Below are positions 38,101 through 49,029 of a stretch of DNA of 64,000 nt, piece after piece. The DNA lies in contig NIVC01002990.1 of NCBI GenBank assembly GCA_002269645.1, positions 62,933 to 126,932 of the forward strand, read 5' to 3'. Below the pieces are notes generated by a model. It was not told the origin of the DNA. It was given only the letters and a program-made list of their open reading frames with translations, and ran no database searches. This DNA comes from Macrostomum lignano. Its lineage: Eukaryota. The position numbers were made by a program, and so were the translations under genes. Each line of letters begins with the position of its first letter. The stretch's first letter is position 1.

Positions 38101-39521
38101 AGCTCCAGACCCTAAACCATGCCGCCACAGCCGAAGCTGCGCCGACTAATTTGACTAACCGACGCCCAACATTGAATCTAACTGATCATATCCTGAGGCC
38201 AGTCACACGTGAGGAGCTCCAGACTCACCAGCGTGCTGACTCTGCCATCGCCATGATGATCAATCTTTTGGAAAGCCGACAGCCAAAGCCACTGCTGAAT
38301 CAGCGTTTGAATATGACGCGAGACGAACAAAACCTATTAGCATTCTACCAACAGCTTGAAGTCAGAGACAACAGACTACTAGTGATACATCTCGACGATG
38401 TTGGCGAGGAAAAAACGGCACGGATCATCCTGCCAAAGAGTCTTGATGCCACGGTTTTCGCCGACCTCCATGGTTCACCCTACTGCAGACACATGGGCCG
38501 AGACCTCACTATCGCGAAGGTGCGCAAAAGGTTCTGGTGACCTGTCCTGGCCAAGGCAGTGTCCAACTATGTCGCTTCCTGCCAGACCTGCACTTGGAGC
38601 AAAGGACAGCGACAAATTCTGGCGCATGTACAATTGTTTCCGGTCTGTGAAATCTATGGGCGATGTGCAATCGACATCCTGGGCCCCACTGGAGACCCAA
38701 CAGACCGAGGAAACAAGTATTCATACATATTGACCTACGTCGACACTATGTCGAAATACCCCTTCGCCTTCACCATGAAGAATCAGCGGACCAAGACCAT
38801 TATAACGCTCCTGCAGGAACAAGTGTTTCCGATCACCGGAATCCCGGCATGGATTCACTCCAATCAAGGGAAACAGTTCACAGGGCATGAGTTCCGGCAC
38901 TTCTGCAAGGTATACGGCATCCGGCAGACCACGACACCGCCTTTTTTGCCATAGGCCAATGGACAAGCCGAGTCGTGCAATAAGAACATCAAGAAGGTGC
39001 TCACCTGTCTCCTAGAAGACCATCAGCAATGGGACAAGATGCTGCCAGCCGCTTTAACAGCTTTAAGATCAGCAGTCAATCGTACAACCGGGTTCTTGCC
39101 GCATTATGTCGTCTACGGAGTGCCCTACCGGTATCCAATTGATAACACCCTAGACCAACTGGATGTATCAGTGGATCTCCCGGAGTACATTGCCAAGCAT
39201 CAGCGCAGACTAGCCGAGACAGAACGAATTGTGCGACAGCGACTGAGGACTGAGATCCAGCGCCGAGAGAAGTACTACAAGAACCGGCCAAAGCCCGTGG
39301 AGCTGCAGCCCGGAGACTTGGTTTGCCTGGCCAACCCGAAGCTTGAACTGGGAGAGCTGCCCAAGTTCCACCGGCCATACAAAAGTATGTACAAGGTTGT
39401 CAAGAAAGTTGGAGAAGTGGTGTATTGGATCAAGCCAGCAACAGCCCGCCAAGGACGCCCAGCTGAAATGCTAGTTCACCATAACAACATCATCAAGGTG
39501 CCGCAGATGATGGCAGATTGA
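35168..39521 (+). pseudogene. pol: gypsy pol (protease, RT, RNase H, integrase), disrupted
   Basis: LLDTGS (35359), RT YLDD (36673), RNase H (H-T-[D]-AS...ILAVV...TDHAAL, 37140-37490), integrase HHCC, IDILGP, HS[N]QG, NGQAE and a GPY/F-like tail. Confidence 0.92.
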
Positions 39522-40480
39522 CCACAGGAGCCGCCGCGCCAGACAGAGCGGCCAATGCTGCCCTATGAGTCGAGCAAAGATAGCAAAGTCGACCCAGCCA
39601 ATCAGCCCGCGCCAGAGCAGCTGGCCACAGCTCAGCCTGACCTACGAGGCAGTCAGCTGTTCGAGCCCAGCTTGCGCCACCCTGAGGTGCTTGCCGAAGG
39701 CGAACCTACCTGCCTGACATTAGCATGGAGATGGAGCTCTAGAAGGTAATTACCAGCAATTTATTATTGTACCTAATAGCTAAATTACCAATGCGCATTA
39801 CTATGAGTAGTCAAGTCTGTGAATGCATTCTGAATTAAATTTTGCTGTAAGCTTTCTCTGCACCCATTCTGTGCTGAAAGCAGATTTCAATTTCTCCATT
39901 CACTTTTGGTTTCCTTATGCTTTCGCGACAATTATTTATCTGCATGCGATTCATTAATTTTGCTCAATTGTGTGTCATTAACTTGCAAAGTCCTTTTGCC
40001 TTTTGCCTTTAACCTTTTGCCTTTTGTGTAACTCCGTATGGAGATCCAAATTCTAACTCAGCAGCCATGCCTGTATCTATCTACTATTCTAATTTTTAGG
40101 AACTACCTATGTTTCTTACTATTTTCTAAACTACTATTTATGCGATTATTCAGCCCCCCTCTTTCTAACCGCCAGCCTGTTGTGAGCCCTGTGAGGTGCC
40201 CCATTCATTCATTCTGATTTTGGACCCTTGCCATGCAGTTATCTATTTTATGACTCCTTGATTCATGTGCCCACCCCAACTCTGTGTGCCACCTTAGAGT
40301 GCATGGGGGGTGATGGCTTAATTCCAGCAGTTGAATTTTATTTCCTCTGGTTGGTTTACAATTCCACCAGTTGAGATATTTTGTGTCCTATTAAGGAGCC
40401 ACTTTTCTAATTTTTTCATCAATTCCATTTGTTCGGCCCAAATTTGCTCCGCGAGATCACTGCATTGGCTAATTTCCGCT

Positions 40481-41173
40481 ATGAATTCCGAGAACAACAA
40501 CACCAACCCGAATGCCTCTGCCAAGCCGCCGACTGCCTGGGCATCCTGGCTTTCATCCTGTGAGTCGGACGCCCTACATGCCTACGCCACTGCTGCGAGC
40601 AGCACGGCACCAGCCTGCGACCAGTTGCGCTGGGCGTTAAACACGGCCTATCTACTAGCGGCTGAGAAGGGCCGAGTCCAAGTAGACGCGCCATGGCGGG
40701 CCCTGTGCCACCAGATGCCCCTGCCTGCCACCCGCGACCTACTTCATGAAACACTGCAGCGCGCTGAGGAGAGTCTACGACAGGGAGGACCCTGGCTGGC
40801 CCTTGCCTTGCTGCTGGTTATCGCGTATTGGGAGGCCGGCCACTTCTAGCAAGGCTGGCTCCCGCATCTGCAACAGTTTTGGGACGCTGCTATTGAACGC
40901 TGTACCGAGCGCCTGCATTTTGATGGCCAGGGGCTGCAGCTGCTCGGTGCGCCGCCCCAGTCGAGGTCAAACCAGTCTGACCCTGATGCCCCTGCTCGCC
41001 ACGGCCGGCTGGCAACATGGGGCCACCGAACTTAAGAAGACGAATGGAGGCGCTTGTCAACTGTTGCCAGGTCCCCCGGCGCCCCCACGCCTGTGGTAGG
41101 CCAGTCTACCACTGGGGCTCCTGCAACGGTTGGCAACACGCGAAGTGCCTCCACCTGGTGGGACAATATTTGA
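40481..41173 (+). pseudogene. Additional gypsy ORF3 of unknown function (231 codons, 2 internal stops) running into the 3' LTR
   Basis: A single frame from ATG 40481, broken only by TAG 40847 and TAA 41033, ending at TGA 41171; hydrophobic stretch WLALALLLVIAYW. Confidence 0.5.
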
Positions 41174-42136
41174 CGTCATTTCTGCTCTCCCGGATGAACT
41201 GTGCGCTTTCCCCTCATTGCCCCCACCTTTGGTCCAATTGTTGCCCCTTCCCTTGGTCCTGCTTTGTTTTGCTGTGTTCCTCCCAGGGTTTGTCCCCTTT
41301 TTCCCACCAGTGTTCCCCTCAGTGTTCCCCTAATTGGATCCATGTAAGAATTTTGTATAAAAATCATTGTGTTTACTTCTTCTTTTTCTGCCCTCCCTTC
41401 AACTACTGTTTTTCCTGCTCTCGCCTCTGTTTAGTTAAGTTGTGAATTTGTAGTTAACCGCCTGTTTGGCACTGTCTCGTAATCATCCGTCAAATTTAAT
41501 AGGGTGCGACATTCATTTTATTGCCTAAATCCATTTATTAGTCAACTAACTTGTCAATTGCTTATTAACCTCGTGGAAAAAATAATTTTCTATATCATTG
41601 ACTACAATAGTAATTGCTAATGTTTGCTAATACTAACAAACAATAATACTAAGTTTTATATTAATATTTATCCAGTTGGTCTTAATCGAAGCCTCTAGTT
41701 TATATTGAGTTCTTTGCCCACGGGGCATAAAATAACCAATCAGTCTCAACTCAAAAAAAGCTCTGAGACCCTCAACATTCTGTAAAATGACATTTACAAT
41801 AGTGGCAGCGCTACTTTACTACTGAAAGTAACACAACTAGCAATCTTGATGAATTACGAGTTTACAGTGTCTGAGGACCCATTCTGAACGACCCGGGCTG
41901 CTACAAGACCGCTCGACTATGATTACAACTATCCTCTCCCTGGAATTGAGGACCCCGGCAGACGGAGTATCTAAAGAGAAGACTCAACGCAGCAATTTGT
42001 GCAATTTTCCATCTTTACGTGTGCCGAGACAATGCCGGCGGAAATTTAGATGTAGAATCTGCCCCACTTCACTGGTGTCGACCAACAATTCAAACTGCCA
42101 ATTTAAAAAACCTAAATCTTCTCCACCCCCAACTCA
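41092..42136 (+). repeat. 3' LTR (1045 bp)
   Basis: Starts TGTGGTAGG, ends AACTCA, followed by the ATAT TSD. Confidence 0.93.
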
Positions 42137-43700
42137 ATATTATAATTAAAAAAGCCATTAATATACTAAAGAACAAAAAAGTGCTAATTTTCTATCTGCA
42201 AAAATATTGCCTTATTGAAAGTTTTTGTCTTGCACCAAATTGCGCCAATTTTTTTTGTCTTACACTCTTAGACTATATTGTACCAGCTTCTCTACCTGCC
42301 TACTATTGCACCAAAATGTGCCAGTGAAGCACATCTTCAATGTCTTTTTGCACTAAAATTTTCCATGAAAAATGCCACTTTCCTGACTGGCATATATTTT
42401 TGGTTGAATAGTCAATTTTTTAAGTAGGCTAGACTAACCTTGAAAACAGAAAAGTAAGTGTTGGTCATAATAATTTATTTTCTATATTTAAATTTCATAA
42501 AATTCTAATTTTGATTTTAATTTGACAGACTAAATTTTAGGAACATCTTTATAAGCTATGGTGTATATTCAATCAAATATATTCTAACTTTAATGATAGA
42601 TTAGCCTAAAATTTAATTTGGTAAATAATTTATTAATATAGAATATAATATAAAAAACATTTATTTTATTTGATAGCTATAGGACTAGAAGGAGCTTTTT
42701 AAAGATTTTTTGTTTAGAGCCTTAGGCAAAGAATATTTGCCTTCAAATATAAACATTTGAAATTGAAGCCCTACAGCCTATTTTTGGATATTGGGCTATT
42801 TCGATATTGGATATTATTTATACATATTTTTTTCAAGATTTAAACCTGACGTAAGTTTTAAAATAAGAGAAAGCTTAGATTTTCAATTACCAAAACAAAA
42901 AGGGGTAGGGGCCTACTATAAAAACTGGATTGCTAGGCCCTAGCCTAATAATATATTTAGTAATATATTTAGAGATTTAGTATATTTAGATTTTTTATTA
43001 CTGGGATAAAATAATCTAATACATATCTCTGGTTATTCTAAAAGTACAAATAATCTGCCTGGCTGAATTGAACATAGTATGGCATTGTAATTTTACTGGA
43101 AGCTTCTTCCGTTACTTTTCTTCTGAATCAAATGATCTTCTGTAAATTGAGTCGAGGTCTTTAAGCTATATTTAGAATTTTACTTAAAAACAAACTGTCA
43201 TTGTGATTGTATTAGTATTTACTCCCACAAACAAACTTTTTGACCAATATGCACAATATATCTTGATTACGAAGATTATTATTATGATTATTTTAGTAGC
43301 TAAAAGTAGAACTTTTCAACTTAGCCAACACGTTTTTACCAATTTAAATGGCAGATGAGTATAACAAAACCCTAGAATAAAAATGTACGTTTTCGTTTAC
43401 CTTGAGTGATAAAGGTTCGTACTTTGTGAATAGCTTTCAAGAAATCTTTTTTTTTAATCGCACTAGCTAAAATTTCATTGGTCCCCAGTTTCTACAAAAC
43501 CCAAAAAATGTTTAAGATCCGTCAGTACTCAAATTAGTAGAAGGACGCGAAACTAAGTTTCTTAGAAAATTTTCAGAGGCAGTTTTTTAAAAATAATACG
43601 TTACGGACTTACTTTGACTTAGCTGCAGGGCTGTCCCGGAGGGGACACAGCGGGAAGGCGCGGGGCCCATTCCGCTAGTCCCTGAACGGCCGACGCGTCG

Positions 43701-46697
43701 CTATGGACGGAGGGTTGGCGCCGCCCAGGGAGGTCCCCCAGTGTCGCCAGCAGCTATAGTGCTCTCTGGAAAGGAGAGTTCAGCCCTGCGGGTGGCCCGA
43801 AGGTAGCGCATGAGCTGATTAAAGTTTTCGGGTTTGCACGCTTCAGTAATAGATGTGTGTGGCCCGAGGTAAGTGAGTCTGGCCCACGTGAAGGCGGGAC
43901 AGATGCTGACGAAATGCTCAGCGGTTTCGTCACCTGAGTTGCAGAAACTACAGGTGGCGTTGGTGGCGTTGCCCTGCAGGTACTGGTGCCTGGAGAAGCA
44001 GCCGTGACCAGAGAGGGTCATGGTGGCAGCCCGGATGTCTCTGCGCGAGAGGCGCAAGAGGAGCTTCCGGAGCTGGTGAGAGGGCTGAGGGACAGCGCCT
44101 CTGGATTGCCTGCAGTTCGTGCGGTTCGCCCAAGTCGAGCGGTGCTGAGTCCTGATCCACGCTTTGATGCGCGAGTCGATGACACAGCCAGGAATCGGGA
44201 CAAGAGGTTCGGGGCCGAGAGAGGAGCCGGAGGCACCAACTTTTGCAAGGGTGTCAGCCAACTCATTTCCTCGGATCCCCACATGCCCCGGAACCCACTT
44301 AAGGGTAATTTTGTTGGCGGAACCCAACATGTTGAGGAGTTTGATACAGTCGAGGACTGTAGCAGAGTTGGTGCTGCAGCCACTGATGGCGTGCAAGGCA
44401 GCTTGGCTGTCCGAATGGAAAATGATGTTCTTACCAGTAACGCCAGTGGCGAGAAGCTCTGCAGTGCAGGAGCTGATGGCCAGAACTTCATTTTGGAAAA
44501 CACTGGAGTTGACCCCAGTGTATTGAGCGTGGGTAGCGATGACCCTCCCGTTCAGAAAGATTCCAACACCAAAGCCGGTGTTGGCTGACTGCTTAGAACC
44601 GTCGGTGTAGCAATGAAGCTCACCAGGGTTCCATTGGTCATTGATGTTATCGCGCGAGTCGATAGCTACGGAGTAGCGCTGTCTCAGGTTGAGCGTTGAG
44701 GCAATGCCATCGGTGAAGACGCGATTGGCCTGACACTCGTTGAGAAAGTTGAGGCACAGATCGCTATGCGGGACAAGGTTCCACTTAGCAGGTGCTCTCA
44801 TGTAAATGAATTTGACGCCGGCATCAATTAGACGCCGCGTCGTTCTAGCCGCCTCACCCCTGATGAAGAGGTCAAGAGGCGGAAGATTAAGGAAGGCCCC
44901 CATGCCAGCAAAGGGCGTGGACCTGGTGGCGTTGCAGATGAGCCTACACGCTCTGCCTTGGATCGTGTTGAGCAGGTCTGCATGGCTTTTGACCTGGGTA
45001 GCGCTAACCCAGACAACAGAGGCGTACGTAATGGCAGGTCTAACTACGGAAGTATAGATCCACCAAAGCCGCTTTGGGGATAGACCCCAAGAAGTGCCAA
45101 GTGCTCGTCGGAGCTGGGCCAGGATGGCTGAGGCACGCTTGGCTTTTGCTTTCACGTGGGAGGACCAGTTGAGCCGGTGGTCAAGTATGACCCCGAGACA
45201 TCTGGTCTGGTGCGCGAAGGCAATATCTCTGCCGTAGAGCTGCAGAGGACGTATGTTCCAGCGTAGTCTGCTGGTAAACATAGTGGCAACGGTTTTGGGC
45301 TCAGAGAGTTCCAGACCATTGTCATTGGCCCAGGATTCTGCTTTGCGGATAAAGCTCTGCATCAGATCCCTGAGCGTGCTGGGAGACGGTCCTGCCACAA
45401 TGGCAGTGACGTCATCAGCATACCCGACTTTGAAGACGGGGTCGGGTCGGGAGTCACTCAAAAGAGCGTCCATGACCAGGTTCCAGAGCGTCGGGGTGAG
45501 GACTCCGCCTTGGGGTCCACCCTTACAGACTCTGGTGGAGGCAGTTTGCCCAAGAAGTTGGGCAGTGACCGTACGGTTGGAGATCATGTACATGATCCAC
45601 CGTATGATGGTAGCATGAGCTTTGCGATTTTGAAGGGCCCTCTGAAACGCTTCAAAGATAACGTTGTCAAAGGCGCCAACAATGTCAAGAAAGAGAGCCA
45701 GAGCGTAACCGTCACCCAGTACCGCCCTTTCAATCTTCTCGACAATCGCATGCAGGGCGCTGTCAGTCGACCTCCCGGTACGGAAGGCGTGCTGATTATT
45801 GCTGAGGGGCATCGCTGTCAGCTCGCAGGACAGCAGCCGCCAGAGAATAAGCCTCTCAGTGAGCTTAAGCATTGCTGACGTTAAGCTAATAGGCCGGAAG
45901 GCCTTGACGCTTTGGTAGTCACCCTTCCCAGGTTTGGGAATAAAGACTACCCGAGCTTCAGTCCAGCATTTGGCAACGTATCCCAGCTGGATAGAGGCCC
46001 GCATAAGATTGCGGATGAGTCTCAGGAACGAGGGTATCTTGGCTGCTTCACGAAGGAGAACAGGGTAGATACCATCAGGTCCAGGAGATTTGAAGGGTTT
46101 GAAGGTTCTGACCGCACGAGCGATTAGGTCTTCAGTGACAATGCCCGCCGCTAGGGTGGCTCCATCCATTGAATGGTTGGGCTCCGGTCTAGCAGTAGGT
46201 ACCCTCGGGAAGAATGTGCTAAGCATATGCTGAAGCACTTCTTCAGGGTCTTTAGTAAGAGAGCCATCATCTTTTTTGATCATGGCTAATTTGGACATTT
46301 TGTCCATTGTAAGGGCCTTGACAAGCCTAGAAGTAGGTCTGTCTTGATCCAATTCATTGCAGAATTGGCGCCACTTACATTCCTTGGCCTTGCGCACTTC
46401 AGATTTGAAATTGCGGGAGGCTTGCCGGAAAAGCTCCATGTCCTCCGGGTTTCCGGTCTTCATGGCACGGCGATGAAGGCTTTTGGCCTTCCGCCTGAGT
46501 TTCCCCAGCTCCGGGTTCCACCACGGCGCCGAGGTCTTGCCTTTGTAGGCGCGAGCAGGACAAGCCGCTTCGTAGGCTGCGATAATGCAACCTGTCAGCG
46601 TCTCAGCCATATGATCCACATCCTCGCAGGTCTCAATCGGACGTAAGTCCGTGAGTTCCTGCAGGTGCAGATCAAGGGTAGCCTTGTAGCACTCCAC
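43701..46697 (-). CDS. LINE ORF2 (N-terminally truncated): reverse transcriptase, RNase H, C-terminal CCHC
   Basis: KSPGPDG, FRPISL, PQGGVLTP, YADD; RNase H YTDGSK, EVLAI, SDSQAAL, WVPGHVGIRGNELAD; CSFC...H...C. No endonuclease motifs and no ATG start (the ORF begins at GTG). Confidence 0.92.
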   Translation of the reverse strand: MECYKATLDLHLQELTDLRPIETCEDVDHMAETLTGCIIAAYEAACPARAYKGKTSAPWWNPELGKLRRKAKSLHRRAMKTGNPEDMELFRQASRNFKSEVRKAKECKWRQFCNELDQDRPTSRLVKALTMDKMSKLAMIKKDDGSLTKDPEEVLQHMLSTFFPRVPTARPEPNHSMDGATLAAGIVTEDLIARAVRTFKPFKSPGPDGIYPVLLREAAKIPSFLRLIRNLMRASIQLGYVAKCWTEARVVFIPKPGKGDYQSVKAFRPISLTSAMLKLTERLILWRLLSCELTAMPLSNNQHAFRTGRSTDSALHAIVEKIERAVLGDGYALALFLDIVGAFDNVIFEAFQRALQNRKAHATIIRWIMYMISNRTVTAQLLGQTASTRVCKGGPQGGVLTPTLWNLVMDALLSDSRPDPVFKVGYADDVTAIVAGPSPSTLRDLMQSFIRKAESWANDNGLELSEPKTVATMFTSRLRWNIRPLQLYGRDIAFAHQTRCLGVILDHRLNWSSHVKAKAKRASAILAQLRRALGTSWGLSPKRLWWIYTSVVRPAITYASVVWVSATQVKSHADLLNTIQGRACRLICNATRSTPFAGMGAFLNLPPLDLFIRGEAARTTRRLIDAGVKFIYMRAPAKWNLVPHSDLCLNFLNECQANRVFTDGIASTLNLRQRYSVAIDSRDNINDQWNPGELHCYTDGSKQSANTGFGVGIFLNGRVIATHAQYTGVNSSVFQNEVLAISSCTAELLATGVTGKNIIFHSDSQAALHAISGCSTNSATVLDCIKLLNMLGSANKITLKWVPGHVGIRGNELADTLAKVGASGSSLGPEPLVPIPGCVIDSRIKAWIRTQHRSTWANRTNCRQSRGAVPQPSHQLRKLLLRLSRRDIRAATMTLSGHGCFSRHQYLQGNATNATCSFCNSGDETAEHFVSICPAFTWARLTYLGPHTSITEACKPENFNQLMRYLRATRRAELSFPESTIAAGDTGGPPWAAPTLRP

Positions 46698-47380
46698 ACT
46701 TTTTGAAGCTGATCAGTGGTCCAGTCCTGGTCGCGACCTTGGATGATCACTCCCGGGATTTTGGCCTTGGCCTTCGCCGCAAAGGTAGCTCCCGAAGGAA
46801 CCTCCTTGTTGGCAGTGGCCATTTGTTGCGCCGTGGTTTCGGCCTCAGCAGCCGCAGCAGCATCTCCAGGGAGCGCCGCCGCTGAACTACTGGAGCTTCC
46901 ACCGGCCGGCCCGTCTGGTTGCCTTGGGACGCCAGTCGCTTCAGCATCCATGGTGGACGCCGCCGCTTTGGCCCCCGCAGCTCCCTTCTTGGCCTGCCTT
47001 TTGGCGCGTTGTTTAGCGCGTTTGCGCTCAAGCCGAGCCCGCTGAGCTTAATCGGATCTGCCAGATTTGGCCGGTCCTTTAGGCTCAGAGCTCGCGGTTC
47101 CCTTAGATCCACCAGCGGAGCTGGCAGGTCTTTGGGTATTATGAGTTTGGTAGCTCTGGTCGGATCTGCCAGCAGAGCCAGCCGGTCCTTCCTTTGCCAC
47201 AGTTGAATCAGTCGGTTGGGATCTGCCAGCAGGGCCGGCCGGTCCTTCGGACTGAGGTTGGGGTTTAGAAGGGTCCCCGTCCCTAGAATTAGTTTGGTTA
47301 TCCATAGGCGGCTCGAAGGCCATGATGAAAGGTTGGTGGGCTACCCTCAAAGGGGCGCGGTACCCACCCGGCCGCTCCAC
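46698..47380 (-). pseudogene. LINE ORF1 N-terminal remnant (one stop at 47048-47050), fused out of frame to ORF2
   Basis: ORFs 47048-47380 and 46595-46951 are in one frame and linked by AQRARLERKRAKQRAKRQAKK; they abut ORF2 at ~46697. Confidence 0.65.
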
Positions 47381-49029
47381 CTGACCGGGCAGTAGGCCAA
47401 TAGCACCCTCAAGGCTGGCCCGACACCAGGAGGGGGACCGCTTGCGACCGGACTACTCCCCGGCCTTCCAGCCCATCGGCACGGTCAACACCTTAGGCAT
47501 TAGAGAATACGTTGAGCAGTACCACGGCCTGCAGGTTGGCGAGCCAGACCCGCATACCCAAATTCGGCCGAAGCCACTGGATAGGGTCGCCAGCGCCGGA
47601 GCCCAGTCTGTCCAGCAGCCCTAGGGACTGCCTTGAACACACGCGGGGACGAGTACCCTGGGTCGACTTGCGAGACAGCGTGGGGGGTCTGCGGCTGCCA
47701 GAGGCAAATAGAGGGTGCAGACCTCCCACCAGCCTTGACCTGCTGAAGATAGGGGCAGGCGTGAAGCATCGCAGACCTTAGCCCATGGGCCTAGTCTGTC
47801 TCATACTTCACTGGCATGCTGAATACGCCTTCGCGCGCAATACGTTACGGAGATAGGAGGCTTTCCATTTTTCAGCACAAAAATTGTTATTGCTTTTGTT
47901 AGAAGGACAACCCGATGTTCATCCATGAATGTATACGTCTCGCGCGCCTTTCTTTATATAGCTCTATTGATATTCATATGGCTTTTCGTTTAGAAAATTG
48001 GGAATTAGGAAAACCTGCCTCCTTATTTTTTCCAAGAAACGTAGTTTCCTGTCCTTACTTTGAGTAGTCCAGTGATAGATGAAGCGGTACGCCCCTTTCA
48101 AACAACTACGCGCGATTGCGAAACGGACCTCAGGTCTATATCAGATCAGAAATGAGAAATCTCACGGTTGCCCCCTTTCTCATACTAAGAAACTTGCATG
48201 GGATTACATAGAAAATTTGGAATATATTAGATCGAGGCATGTGTTCGCTTTCAATGTATATTATTTTTGCTTGACCGCCTGTGATTGTGATTTATAAATG
48301 TGCACTTCGTAAGATACATGAAGTCTGAGCCTGTAGCTGTACAAGTATCTTGTAAACTTAAAACGTTCTCGCAACGTTGTAACCTTTCGTTTTTGTTTGC
48401 TTTGTGAAAGCAGTGTCCTTTATAATTTGATAAACGAAGAATGAACTGAAACATCAAAGTGACGCGATTACAAGAGAGCCATATACAAATAAAGTTTACA
48501 CTAACATGCCGTATTGGAGAGAGTCATTAATAGCGCATCAATTTTGCAGCATCATTTTCAGCATCAGCGACGCAAACAGAAACAGTGGGAAAGCAATTTT
48601 TGCACATTTCCAACTGCTGCAGCGTAGGCTTTTTTACAGCCTGCAAGTCTGAAACGCGATTAATTTCTAGTGCAGAATGAGCGAAATTGGATACAGTTAG
48701 CGGCGCTTTCACATTGAAGACAGCTGCTTAATTTTGTTGCGGTCATAAATGCGCGCAATTACGATCGATAGCACAATTTCAGCAGTTTTAGTGTCCTGTC
48801 CCCCCCATTACATTCTGCCATACCCAACTGTCACATCAATTAAACAAACGTCCTATTAAAACGGAAATTTAGCTACAAGGCCAACCGCGGTGCATTTCGC
48901 AATTGGGATAAAAAGCCGTTCGAAAACAAATTATTCCAGTAACTACTTGACTATCCAAGCAGCAAACGCGCGCAGTGTGCGGCAGCTCCAGATTGTACTA
49001 ACGGATACGTTTTCCAACTGTCACCTGCA

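Larger units (their letters stand above)
32717..42136 (+). mobile_element. Full-length but decayed Ty3/gypsy LTR retrotransposon
   Basis: TG...CA LTRs, ATAT TSD (32713-32716 and 42137-42140), PBS, and gag-PR-RT-RH-IN order with multiple stops and frameshifts. Confidence 0.95.
43608..47838 (-). mobile_element. Non-LTR retrotransposon (RT + RNase H; LOA/Lian- or I-like) with internal deletion of the APE endonuclease
   Basis: 13-bp TSD AATACGTTACGGA (43595-43607 and 47839-47851), TAAGTCAAAGTAAGT 3' tail, 5' UTR, partial ORF1, long intact RT-RNH ORF. Confidence 0.9.
43525..48066. mobile_element. ~300-bp MITE-like repeat (43525-43607 + 47852-48066) split by the LINE insertion
   Basis: Imperfect ~60-bp inverted ends (43525-43590 vs 48009-48066); an uninterrupted inverted paralogue lies at ~57095-57300. 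Confidence 0.6.

Noticed and set aside
32755-41445. Duplicated short ORFs at 32755-33070 and 41017-41445
   Set aside because: They are incidental frames within the two LTR copies, with no coding signature.
43948-46646. Plus-strand and alternative-frame ORFs overlapping LINE ORF2 (and similar shadows over ABCA, pol and the orphan exon)
   Set aside because: They are antisense or out-of-frame shadows of GC-rich coding sequence.
47700-47838. HDV-like ribozyme at the LINE 5' end
   Set aside because: Only simple hairpins were found (e.g. around CCCATGGG); the nested double-pseudoknot order could not be fitted by eye. An RNArobo or Infernal search would be decisive.
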